A stretch of 64,000 nt of DNA from Methanomassiliicoccales archaeon (GTDB taxonomy: Archaea > Thermoplasmatota > Thermoplasmata > Methanomassiliicoccales > UBA472): contig JAXGRO010000006.1 of the NCBI GenBank assembly GCA_040765825.1, positions 4,203 through 68,202 on the forward strand, given 5' to 3'. The position numbers were made by a program, and so were the translations under genes. The notes under the pieces are model-generated. The model worked only from the letters and a program-made list of their open reading frames with translations. It ran no database searches and was not told where the DNA came from. Numbering within the stretch: position 1 is the stretch's first letter; every line of letters starts with the position of its first letter. This document shows, one piece after another, positions 8,976-17,343 of the stretch.

Positions 8976-9509
8976 ACGGGGGTCGCCAACATCAATGACC
9001 TTCCTGATGGCGCTCCACTCCCTCCGCTTATCCTCGTATGGAATGGCGTGCAGCGGTGAAGAGGAGGGCAGGCAGGTTGCCGGAAGGGAGCGCCCCTTCA
9101 CCTTGACCTCCATATCCAGATAGTGCTTGTACGCCTTTTTTCCGTTCAGGAACACATGCACTATGGAATCGTGCCCTTCCAGAAATCCCTGGATGTCGTT
9201 GATGACCTCGTCCCTAATGGTCGAATCCTTGCTGTCGATTATGCAGCACTCCTTGAGAACATCCCAGATGGCGATATGATTGGTCCTGAGGAAGTTCGCA
9301 CGCGCCTCATAGCTCTCGGACGGGCTGCTGCCGAACATTTCGTGGACCATCCTCCAGAACTGGTTCCGGGGGTTGCCATAGTACTGTTCCTTGAGGGCCG
9401 ACCGCACGCTCGGTATCGTTCCTAGGATCAGGACCCTGGGACCATCCCCGGCGATCGGAGGAAACCCGACCCTGCGTTCGTAGGTCCGGTCGCCATTGGA
9501 TCTGACCAT
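8964..9509 (-). CDS. Uracil-DNA glycosylase superfamily protein, hypoxanthine-DNA glycosylase (family 6)-like
   Basis: VLILGTIPSVRS....YYGNPRNQFW and a C-terminal LPSSSP are as I recall for DNA-deoxyinosine glycosylases. The 60-nt row I counted has visibly lower G+C (about 48 percent) than its neighbours. Confidence 0.65.
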   Translation of the reverse strand: MVRSNGDRTYERRVGFPPIAGDGPRVLILGTIPSVRSALKEQYYGNPRNQFWRMVHEMFGSSPSESYEARANFLRTNHIAIWDVLKECCIIDSKDSTIRDEVINDIQGFLEGHDSIVHVFLNGKKAYKHYLDMEVKVKGRSLPATCLPSSSPLHAIPYEDKRREWSAIRKVIDVGDPRSHP

Positions 9510-9616
9510 ATCGGGACGGATGGGGTTCGAGGCATAAATGGATGACCGGGGTTGGAGGATATGACCAACAGATAATATATGGCCAAAGCCATCCGGAGGG
9601 CGTCAGGGCCTGTCAA

Positions 9617-10666
9617 ATGAGGAAGCTCATCATCCTGCTGGACGGCGCGGCCGACGAGCGCATATCCATATTCAACAACCGCACTCCCCTGGAGGCGGCC
9701 CACAAGGAGTTCCTGGACGGAGTGGCCAGGGACGGAGTGGTGGGGACCACCGACGGGAAGGACTACACCCACACCTTCCTGCTGGAGCTGCTCACCGGGA
9801 GACCGTACGACATTCCCAGGGGGGTCATCGAGGCCTATGGGCTGGAGCTGCCCATAGGCGAGGACCGCGTGGCCTACCGCATGACCCCGGCCAAGGTGCA
9901 GGACCACAACGTGGAATGGTACTACAACATCACCTGCGACGAGGAGATGTTCCTGCAGCGGGCCATCATCAAGAACCGCTCCAAGCTGGCGGGCATGGAC
10001 CCCAAGATCCTGGCCTATCACGGCGGCAAGGGGGTGCTGACCGTCAAGGGCGATATGATACTCGATCTTCCCAAGCCGCCGGGGCCGGCGACGCTGAACG
10101 GCGAGGACCTGGGGCCCTTCGAGGATTTCGCCCGCGGGGTCCGCGACAGCACCGGCGGGATCGCCCTCCTGCCCTGGGGTGGGGGGCTGGGCAAGGTGGC
10201 CGTGGACATACGCCGGGAGATAACCAGGGTCCCAGACATGACGGTCATCTCCAAGAGCCCCTCGGCCCTGGGCGTGGGCAAGTTCCTGGGCATGCAGACC
10301 CGGAGGGTGCAGGGGTTCAAGGAGGGCATCAAGGTGGCCGCCCAGCTTTTGGACGCGGAGGACGTTTTCCTGCATGTCGAGGAGACGGACGACATCAGCC
10401 ACAAGTGCAATCCAAAGAACAAGCTGAAGCTCATCGAGGAGATAGACCGGGAGCTGGTCCGCTACGGCAAACGCCTCCGGGAGTGCCAGGTGGCGCTGCT
10501 GATCGACCATGGCGCCTCCTCGCTCACCGGAGAGCACATGCGCATGAACGTCCCGTTCGCGGTCTGCGGCGGCAAATGGACCGGCGGAGGCAGCGACTCC
10601 TTCCGGGAGAACGGAGGGGAGCACCGCCCGCTCGGTACCCTTCTGGACAGCCTCCTGCAGGATTGA
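9617..10666 (+). CDS. ApgM-family (cofactor-independent phosphoglycerate mutase-like, alkaline-phosphatase superfamily) metalloenzyme paralogue
   Basis: MRKLIILLDGAADE...RTPLEAA, then HVEETDDISH and LLIDHGASSLTGEH, parallel the archaeal ApgM motifs (LDGxGD, ADEAGH, GDHSTP..H). The position of the nucleophilic Ser (GSDTSH in ApgM) reads GKDYTH. ATG at 9617 chosen; a TATA-like GATAATATAT lies at 9571-9580. Confidence 0.7.
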   Translation: MRKLIILLDGAADERISIFNNRTPLEAAHKEFLDGVARDGVVGTTDGKDYTHTFLLELLTGRPYDIPRGVIEAYGLELPIGEDRVAYRMTPAKVQDHNVEWYYNITCDEEMFLQRAIIKNRSKLAGMDPKILAYHGGKGVLTVKGDMILDLPKPPGPATLNGEDLGPFEDFARGVRDSTGGIALLPWGGGLGKVAVDIRREITRVPDMTVISKSPSALGVGKFLGMQTRRVQGFKEGIKVAAQLLDAEDVFLHVEETDDISHKCNPKNKLKLIEEIDRELVRYGKRLRECQVALLIDHGASSLTGEHMRMNVPFAVCGGKWTGGGSDSFRENGGEHRPLGTLLDSLLQD

Positions 10667-10685
10667 GCCCGGACCTTGGAATAGG

Positions 10686-10693
10686 TTATATAC
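10686..10693 (+). promoter_or_regulatory. TATA-like element upstream of cobT
   Basis: TTATATAC lies about 22 nt upstream of the palindrome centre and 67 nt upstream of the cobT ATG. Confidence 0.35.
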
Positions 10694-10708
10694 GTTCTTC
10701 GCATTGAA

Positions 10709-10725
10709 TTGGATGATACAACCAA
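10709..10725. promoter_or_regulatory. Palindromic operator-like site TTGGAT-GATAC-AACCAA (one arm mismatch) in front of cobT
   Basis: Same 6-5-6 architecture as the sites at 19618, 19640 and 23304. It lies between the TATA-like element and the cobT ATG (10760). Confidence 0.55.
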
Positions 10726-10759
10726 TCTGGTTCGTCCATCATACCCAGAGGTTCCGATC

Positions 10760-11863
10760 ATGCACGAGGCCGACATAATCTACGCGTTCGAGGAGCAGGC
10801 GGGAAGGAAGTTCGTGGAGAGGGTCTGGGGCAAGCGCCCGACCTACGCTGTGGTCATCGGGAACACCGAGACCGCCAAGATCCCTGGCGTTTCCGCTGCT
10901 GGCGCCGTGCCGGAGATCACCGACTTCACCCCCGCCGCGGACGTGGAGCTGCTGCATTACGGCCGGTGCAAGTGCATCGACGGCGTGCCGGTCACCCCCA
11001 CCGGCGTCCCCACCCCGGGGATAATCACCATGAGCGCCCTGCAGCTCTCGCCCATGCCCACCTTCGCCGTGAACGGGGGGGTCCGGGTCAGACCGCACAC
11101 CCCCTTCTTCGAGGTGGAGGGGGAGCCTGGCGAGGACATCCGCACCGGCAAGGCGCTCAAGGACCCCCGACGGGTGTATGAGAACGGCGTTCTGCTTGGA
11201 AGGGAGATGGCCAAGGGCAGCGAGTACTTGGTCATCGGGGAGAGCATCGCCGGGGGGACCACCACCGCCCTGGCGGTGCTCATGGCCATGGGATACGACG
11301 GCCATGGCAAGGTATCCAGCTCGATGATCGATAACCCCCATTCCCTGAAGGAGAAGATCGTCTCGGAGGGCATCTCCAACTCCCCGTTCTGCAGGGAGGA
11401 GATGAGGGCCGACCCCCTCAAGGCCGTGCAGGCCGTGGGCGACCCCATGATGCCCGCCGCCGCGGGAGTGGTGGCGGGAGCCGCGGAGAGCATACCTGTG
11501 ATAATGGCCGGGGGAACGCAGATGGCCGCGGTGATGGCCATCGTCAAGGGATTGGCGCCGAACGTCCTTTCGAACATCGCCCTGGGCACCACCAAGTGGA
11601 TAGTGAACGACCGAACGTCCGACGTTCGCTCGATAGTCAAGCAGATCGGCAGCGTTCCGATATTGGCCGCGGACCTGGACTTCGGACCGTCCAAGCACGA
11701 CGGGCTGAACGTTTACGAAAAGGGACTGGTCAAGGAGGGCGTGGGAGCCGGCGGCATATCCGTGGCGGCCTTCCTGGCCTCGCAGGGCAGGATCGGCAAA
11801 AATGAGATGCTGGCCAAGGTCGAGGAGAACTACGTCCAGCTCATGAGGATCATGGGCAAGTGA
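10760..11863 (+). CDS. cobT: Archaeal-type nicotinate-nucleotide--dimethylbenzimidazole phosphoribosyltransferase (CobT, UPF0284 family)
   Basis: Archaeal CobT-like sequence (VIGNTETAKIPGVSAAGA, VIGESIAGGTTTALAV, GDPMMPA, MAGGTQMAAV). ATG at 10760 chosen because the ORF-track TTG at 10709 is the first arm of the palindrome. Confidence 0.8.
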   Translation: MHEADIIYAFEEQAGRKFVERVWGKRPTYAVVIGNTETAKIPGVSAAGAVPEITDFTPAADVELLHYGRCKCIDGVPVTPTGVPTPGIITMSALQLSPMPTFAVNGGVRVRPHTPFFEVEGEPGEDIRTGKALKDPRRVYENGVLLGREMAKGSEYLVIGESIAGGTTTALAVLMAMGYDGHGKVSSSMIDNPHSLKEKIVSEGISNSPFCREEMRADPLKAVQAVGDPMMPAAAGVVAGAAESIPVIMAGGTQMAAVMAIVKGLAPNVLSNIALGTTKWIVNDRTSDVRSIVKQIGSVPILAADLDFGPSKHDGLNVYEKGLVKEGVGAGGISVAAFLASQGRIGKNEMLAKVEENYVQLMRIMGK

Positions 11864-12476
11864 GCCGCTGGTGCAGGACCTGCTCGGCCTTTTCCAGGTC
11901 CGGGACGGTATTTACGTTGATGGCCACATCGGGTGTGTCGGCGACGTAGTAGCTTCCTGGCAGATATTCCCGGGTGAGCATCCGTAGACGATCGACCACG
12001 CTCACCCCGCAGGGCATGAGCGGCCGACCGTCCACGTTCTCGTAGAACGTGACGTCCACCCCGAACTCTAAGGCCTTTTCCAAAGGTATGCCCACGGTCA
12101 GGGACTGCTCCTTCCTTTCTAGGTATTCCTTGACCACGTCGGCGACCAGTTCCGCTCTCAGCAGTGGCAGGTCGGCCGGGCAGATGAAGATGTGATCTTC
12201 GGATATCCCTTCCGCGGCCTGGATCAGGTCTTGGCAGTACTCGTCACCGGAGGTCTCCAGCAGCCTGACGCCCATCTGCGTGAGGTGCTCGCGCGTCCTC
12301 GGCACGTTATCGCTCACAGAAACGTAGACCGACCCTATCTCATCCACCAGCATGATCTGTTCCAGCACGTGGTCGATCATCGGCCGGCCGTGCAGGAGCG
12401 CCATCGGTTTCTCGGTCCCCAGCTCCCTGATCCTGGTACCCCGTCCTCCGGCGGTGATCAACGCGGCAACACTCAT
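11850..12476 (-). CDS. cobY: Adenosylcobinamide-phosphate guanylyltransferase, archaeal CobY type
   Basis: MSVAALITAGGRGTRI...EKPM is an NTP-transferase motif. The gene is small (about 208 aa) and last in the cob operon. Its ATG at 12476 overlaps the cobS stop. Confidence 0.8.
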   Translation of the reverse strand: MSVAALITAGGRGTRIRELGTEKPMALLHGRPMIDHVLEQIMLVDEIGSVYVSVSDNVPRTREHLTQMGVRLLETSGDEYCQDLIQAAEGISEDHIFICPADLPLLRAELVADVVKEYLERKEQSLTVGIPLEKALEFGVDVTFYENVDGRPLMPCGVSVVDRLRMLTREYLPGSYYVADTPDVAINVNTVPDLEKAEQVLHQRLTCP

Positions 12477-13228
12477 ACCGCCGCCCCCAGCAGGAGCAGG
12501 GCGATAAGCACCACCGGCCGACATATCTCGTTCGTCGCGCCCATGACATCACCGTTCACCGCCCCGAAGTTCCTCATGGCCACCCTGCTGTTCAGCAGCC
12601 CGACGGAGGCGCTGAACAACCCGCCGGCGACGGTGAACAGGGCGATCCTGTCGATGTACCAGTAACCGGTGGGCAGGCAAACCAATAGGATGATCCCGAA
12701 GGAGAGCAGGATGGACAGGATGATGGAGAGGAGGGCCTGCTTCCCCCGGGTATTGGTGACGAAGGAGTTCCCCAGCCCCTCCCGGGCCTTGCCTCCGAAG
12801 GCGCAGAACACCATGGCGTTCTTGTTCATGATCTCCGCGATGAGCGGCAGGAAGAGCAGCTCGGCCTTGCCGGTCAGCGAGGCCAGGGCGGCGAAGCTGA
12901 GCAGAGTGAATATCAGCGCATAACCTACCCCGCCAGCACCGGTCTTGGAGTCCTTCATGGCCGCCATACGACGCTCGGCGTCACCGCCGCAGACCATCCC
13001 GTCCCCGAAGTCGCTCAGCCCGTCCAGATGCAGGAAGCGGTTCAGAAGATGGAACGCCGCCAGGACGATGGCCGCCAGGACGGTCGTTGATAGACCGCCC
13101 TCCCCAAGGAAGAATATCCCGGAGGCCAGCAGCCCGTAAAGGGCGCCTATCAGGACGATTATGTGGAACCTCCTCGACAGTTCGTCCACGTCCTTCCCGC
13201 CCACCTTGGCCGGGATGACCGTGAACAT
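12473..13228 (-). CDS. cobS: Adenosylcobinamide-GDP ribazoletransferase (cobalamin-5'-phosphate synthase) CobS
   Basis: Polytopic membrane protein with HLDGLSDFGDG and GDVMGA motifs typical of CobS. The N-terminus (MFTVIP..) looks short, but no upstream in-frame ATG, GTG or TTG exists. Confidence 0.85.
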   Translation of the reverse strand: MFTVIPAKVGGKDVDELSRRFHIIVLIGALYGLLASGIFFLGEGGLSTTVLAAIVLAAFHLLNRFLHLDGLSDFGDGMVCGGDAERRMAAMKDSKTGAGGVGYALIFTLLSFAALASLTGKAELLFLPLIAEIMNKNAMVFCAFGGKAREGLGNSFVTNTRGKQALLSIILSILLSFGIILLVCLPTGYWYIDRIALFTVAGGLFSASVGLLNSRVAMRNFGAVNGDVMGATNEICRPVVLIALLLLGAAV

Positions 13229-13251
13229 GGTGAGAGCGGCCTTGAGCGCGC

Positions 13252-14397
13252 CTAGGAAAGCCGTCCCTCTCCCTCCAGTATCTCCGAGTAGATGACGGAC
13301 ATGGTCGAGCCTATGAGCGAAGCGACGATGTCGTCCATGAACGGCCCGAGCTTGGACAGTATTCCGGGTTTCTTCTTGTCATAGCGGATGTACTCGAACA
13401 GGCACTTGGTGCCCCCGATGTATTCTGCGAGCGCGATGCCTAGCAGCTCGTCGGCCAGGAGGTGCACGGGGTCCTCCTGGTACCTGGCCTCGGGAAGCCC
13501 GTACAGCTGCCCGTAGCGCCCCTTCTCCTCCAGGACCATGGCCGCGGTGAGCAGAGCGTTCACGTTCACGTCCTTGGCCAGCTGCTCGAGCTTGTTCTCG
13601 AACCTTTTTCTTATCGCCGATTCATCCCAGGCCGGGTCCAGGGCGTTCATCTGCCTGACGCATTCCCACATGTCATCGTAGGTGATGCCGCGGATGGCCA
13701 GATGCCTCAGGAAATGCACCGAGTCCCCGTTGGCGCCCTTCCACCTGGTGATCGATTCCCCCAGGGCCGAGCGCACGGCCACTGCCATGGCGATGCCGTG
13801 ATCGGAGGAGCTGCCGGACCACATGCACCTCTCACCCTCGGAGGGGCACATTATCAGCACGGCGTCGCTGGTGGTGCCGGTCCCGGGGATGTGATGGTCT
13901 TGAAGAGCGGCGGCCTTAGCCTCGGTCACGGTCATGACCGCGTTCGTCAGAGCGCAGTCGTCCAGCGGTTCGTCCGTCACCACCATGACGTTGATGGTGC
14001 CCACCTGGCGGTGCGGCACGCTGCCCTCGCGGGACGATTCGCCAGCGCGTATGGCGTTGGATATCCCGGCGCTAACGAAGGCCAGGGCCTCGGAGCCGTT
14101 CTGCTCGATGCCCTGGGAACAGAACGCCTTTTCCAGCTCGGCGGCGGTCATGAAGGAGACGGTGTCCGGGGGGAGCTCCAGCCGGGGAAGCAGCGACCGA
14201 AGGTGCTTCACCGGGTCCTCGTGGTCGTATTGCAGGGGCACCTGCAGCATGAGCACGGAATCGGTCTCCCCCAAGCCCCCGTTCAGTATGGTGGAGGCCA
14301 GTGTCCTCATGCGGCGGGGCAGCCTGATGGCCACGTAATTCAGCCCGTCCACCTTCCCCTTCTCTATCCGCACTTCCTCAAGCTTCATCTCAGACAC
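13252..14397 (-). CDS. cbiZ: Adenosylcobinamide amidohydrolase CbiZ fused to a C-terminal PgpA-like (CobZ-like alpha-ribazole phosphatase) domain
   Basis: The N-terminal 220 aa or so carry CbiZ motifs (TLASTILNGG, VGTINVMVV, TEAKAAAL, GTGTTSD). The C-terminal 150 aa or so end in GPFMDDIVASLIG, resembling the PgpA-family LDDxxAG motif. Confidence 0.75.
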   Translation of the reverse strand: MSEMKLEEVRIEKGKVDGLNYVAIRLPRRMRTLASTILNGGLGETDSVLMLQVPLQYDHEDPVKHLRSLLPRLELPPDTVSFMTAAELEKAFCSQGIEQNGSEALAFVSAGISNAIRAGESSREGSVPHRQVGTINVMVVTDEPLDDCALTNAVMTVTEAKAAALQDHHIPGTGTTSDAVLIMCPSEGERCMWSGSSSDHGIAMAVAVRSALGESITRWKGANGDSVHFLRHLAIRGITYDDMWECVRQMNALDPAWDESAIRKRFENKLEQLAKDVNVNALLTAAMVLEEKGRYGQLYGLPEARYQEDPVHLLADELLGIALAEYIGGTKCLFEYIRYDKKKPGILSKLGPFMDDIVASLIGSTMSVIYSEILEGEGRLS

Positions 14398-15385
14398 CCA
14401 TCAGTCCCAGCAGCAGGCCCTCCAGGAGGACCTGTGCCTCCGCCCCCACCAGCAGGTAGAGGGGCAGCACTATCGCGATCACGAAGAGATACGAGGCCAG
14501 GGTCATGACCTTTATGGTGTCCCTGAGCACCTCGGGGCCCGACGGCAGCGGACCGTCGCCCATCACGTACCAGCCGATCTTCTCGAAGCGGATGCCCAGG
14601 CCGCCGGCGAAGGCGGACATGTGCCAACCCTTGTTGGGGGAGAGGGTCTGGTCGTGGTACTTCCGGGAGGCCCTCCACCCGGCCCTCCAGTCCTTGCCCA
14701 GCAGCGCCAGCGCCGCCAGGATGAAGGGCACCGCCGCCCGGGCCATGAGCCAGTTGGTGCAGTCGTCCAGCTTGGCCGAGAACCAGCCCACGTGGCGGTG
14801 CCTGTCGTTCAGGTAGCCGACCATGGCGTCCAATGTGTTCGATACGCGATACGCCACGGCCGCCGGCAGCCCCAGAAGACCGAAGTAGAACAGCGGGGAG
14901 AAGATGGAGTCCACGGTGTTCTCCGCCGCGCTCTCCGCGGCGCAGGAGATCACGTGCCCCTCGTCCAGCTGGCTGACGTCCCGGGAGACCATCATGGCCG
15001 CCTTCTCCCGGCCAAGCTCCAGGTCGCCGGCCAGCAGCGCCTCTCGCACCGGCTCGGTGTGCTTGCCCATGGCCGCCATGGCGAACATGGTCTTCAGGAC
15101 CACCCCGCCCACCAGGGCCCAGGCCAGCAGCCCCAGGTAATGGCGCACCAGGGCCATGAGCAGCAGGGCCAGGAAGGAGAAGGTGATGATCACCGCCAGG
15201 GCCATCAGCGCCCCCAGCAGCCGCTCCCTCCGGGGATGCCCCCGGGAGATGCGCCTGTCGAAAAAGGATATCATGCCCCCCATCCACACCACCGGGTGCA
15301 GGGCGTTGGGAGGTTCGCCCAGCAGGCGGTCCACCAGCAGGGCCACCAGCAGCATCAGCAGTGCGTAGGGGAGAAGCTCAAACAT
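14390..15385 (-). CDS. cbiB: Adenosylcobinamide-phosphate synthase CbiB/CobD (membrane)
   Basis: LLGEPPNALHPVVWMG N-terminal motif, ESAAENTVD and SPNKGW motifs, and a polytopic membrane profile. Confidence 0.9.
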   Translation of the reverse strand: MFELLPYALLMLLVALLVDRLLGEPPNALHPVVWMGGMISFFDRRISRGHPRRERLLGALMALAVIITFSFLALLLMALVRHYLGLLAWALVGGVVLKTMFAMAAMGKHTEPVREALLAGDLELGREKAAMMVSRDVSQLDEGHVISCAAESAAENTVDSIFSPLFYFGLLGLPAAVAYRVSNTLDAMVGYLNDRHRHVGWFSAKLDDCTNWLMARAAVPFILAALALLGKDWRAGWRASRKYHDQTLSPNKGWHMSAFAGGLGIRFEKIGWYVMGDGPLPSGPEVLRDTIKVMTLASYLFVIAIVLPLYLLVGAEAQVLLEGLLLGLMGV

Positions 15386-16523
15386 GCATGCGCGCTCCGA
15401 AGGCCGTGCTGCGCATCTCCTGCGCCGTCTCCTCCATGGCGGAGATGAGCAGGTCGTTCTTCTCCGGGGTCTTCACGCTGAAGCGCACGAAGCGGTCGAA
15501 CGGCCTGCCGAAGGTGGAGCAGTCCCTGACCAGCACCCTGCGGGGAAGGAGGTGCTCCACCACGTCCTCGGCGGAGAGCCGGGGATTGGATACCCGGGTG
15601 AAGAAGAAGAAGCACTGGTCGGGCAGGGGGGAGAACAGCCCGGTGCGGTCCACGGCCCTCTTGATGCGGCCGCGCTCCGAGGCCATCATCTCCGCGGCCT
15701 TGCGCACGTGGCCGCGGTGGTCGCGGAGCAGCCGGGCCCCCACCTGCTGCTCCACCACCCCCAGGTTCCAGGAGAGCCTGGCGCGGTCCAGCATGTCCAC
15801 GATCTCCTCGCTTCCCACCCCATAGCCCACGCGCATCCCCGGGATGGCGTACGATTTGGTGAGCGAGGAGATGATGAACATGTTGCGGTGGTTGCGGACC
15901 TCCGGCATGCAGGTGATGGCCTCGTAGCCGTCCACCAGGTCCAGGAGGGTCTCGTCCAGGAATATCAGCTTGCCCAGGGACTCGCACTCCTCCACCAGCT
16001 CCATTATGCGCCGCCTGGTCTCCAGGGTGCCGGTGGGGTTGTTGGGGTTGCAGACGTATACCGCCTTCACCAGGGGGAGCTTCTCGCGTATGGCGTTCAT
16101 GTCCAGGCGGAACCCGTCCCCCTCGACCAGGGGCACGTCCAGAACGTTGGCCCCCTGCATGCGGCAGGCGTGGGAGTACTCGGAGAAGGTCGGCCGGGGA
16201 ATGATCACCCGGGACTTGCGGGACAGGAACACCTCCGGATACAGGCGGATCAGCTCCGCGGAGCCGGCCCCGGCGATGACGTTCTCCGGGGACACATGGT
16301 GCAGGGAGGCCACCGCCTCCCGGAAGTCCGCGGAGGAATCGTCGGGGTAATGGGTCAGATGCTCCACGGCCTCGGCCACCAGCTGCGGAAGCTCGGCTGG
16401 AGGCCCGTAGGGGTTCAGGTTGTGGCTGAAGTCCTCCACCCCGGAGAACCTCCATCCCTGCCCCCCGTGAACGGGCCGCTTAATCGGCAACAATTCCTTT
16501 TTCACAAGGTCTTGGATCTGCAT
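15378..16523 (-). CDS. cobD: L-threonine-O-3-phosphate decarboxylase (CobD, class I/II aminotransferase fold)
   Basis: HGG...DFSHNLNP, CNPNNPTG and SLTKSYAIPGMRVGY (PLP lysine) motifs. Positioned between cbiB and the transporter genes. It has no N-terminal kinase extension. Confidence 0.8.
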   Translation of the reverse strand: MQIQDLVKKELLPIKRPVHGGQGWRFSGVEDFSHNLNPYGPPAELPQLVAEAVEHLTHYPDDSSADFREAVASLHHVSPENVIAGAGSAELIRLYPEVFLSRKSRVIIPRPTFSEYSHACRMQGANVLDVPLVEGDGFRLDMNAIREKLPLVKAVYVCNPNNPTGTLETRRRIMELVEECESLGKLIFLDETLLDLVDGYEAITCMPEVRNHRNMFIISSLTKSYAIPGMRVGYGVGSEEIVDMLDRARLSWNLGVVEQQVGARLLRDHRGHVRKAAEMMASERGRIKRAVDRTGLFSPLPDQCFFFFTRVSNPRLSAEDVVEHLLPRRVLVRDCSTFGRPFDRFVRFSVKTPEKNDLLISAMEETAQEMRSTAFGARMHV

Positions 16524-17343
16524 CGTCGCCCTTCTCCGGTTCCGCCGGCCTCAGGGGGATCACGAATATCTCGCCCTTCTCCCTGATCACCGTGACCTCC
16601 ACGCCGTACACCGCGCGGATGATCTCCTCGTTGATGACCTCCGAAGGAGGTCCGTAGCTCAGTATCCCGCCGTCGCTTATCACTATCACCAGATCCGCGT
16701 ACTTGGCGATCAGGTTGATGTCGTGCGAGGCGGTGATGACCGTCACGCCCTGCCGGGAGAGGTCCTTCAGGGCCTGCATCACCTGCAGCTTGAACTTGAG
16801 GTCCAGATGGGCGCTGGGCTCGTCCGCCAGCAGTATCTTCGGCTGCTGCACCGCCCCCTTGGCCAAAAGCACACGGGCCTTCTCCCCGCTGCTCAGCTCC
16901 CCCAGCTTGCGGTCCTTTAGGTGGGTGACGTGATAGGCGGCCATGGCCTCCCTGACCATCCTCTCGTCCTTCTCCCCCTCCCACCATATTCCGGTGACGA
17001 ACGGGTATCGCCCCAGGGCCACGAACTCCTCCACGGACAGGTGGAAATCGTCCGGGACGTCCGCGGGGATGTTGGCGCAGAGCTTGGCCACCTCCATCAT
17101 CTTCAGGCGGTCCAGGTCCTTGCCGTCGATGAGTATGACGCCCTCCTGGGGCTTTAATACCTTGTTTATGCAGCGCATGAAGGTGGTCTTGCCGCAGCCG
17201 TTGGGCCCCATTATGCCGATGAGCTGCCCCTTGCGGGCGTGGATGGTGACGTCCTTCAGCGTCTTGCCGCAGGGGTTCCTCTTGGAGCCGTAGCTGAAGG
17301 AGATGCTGTCCACCCTCACCGTCAGCTCGTCCTCACATGACAT
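16480..17343 (-). CDS. ABC transporter ATP-binding protein, iron-siderophore/cobalamin (FepC/BtuD-like) family
   Basis: Walker A GPNGCGKTT, signature LSSGEKARV and Walker B LLADEPSAHLD. The gene overlaps its neighbours. Confidence 0.85.
   Translation of the reverse strand: MSCEDELTVRVDSISFSYGSKRNPCGKTLKDVTIHARKGQLIGIMGPNGCGKTTFMRCINKVLKPQEGVILIDGKDLDRLKMMEVAKLCANIPADVPDDFHLSVEEFVALGRYPFVTGIWWEGEKDERMVREAMAAYHVTHLKDRKLGELSSGEKARVLLAKGAVQQPKILLADEPSAHLDLKFKLQVMQALKDLSRQGVTVITASHDINLIAKYADLVIVISDGGILSYGPPSEVINEEIIRAVYGVEVTVIREKGEIFVIPLRPAEPEKGDDADPRPCEKGIVAD

Noticed and set aside
13229-13254. Pyrrolysine or read-through decoding of the cbiZ TAG stop, or a longer CobS N-terminus upstream of the ATG at 13228
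   Set aside because: Reading through the TAG adds only about 30 residues of Arg/Ser/Gly-rich sequence before a TAA. TAG is also used as an ordinary stop elsewhere in the window, for example by pheA. The cobS frame upstream of 13228 has no ATG, GTG or TTG.
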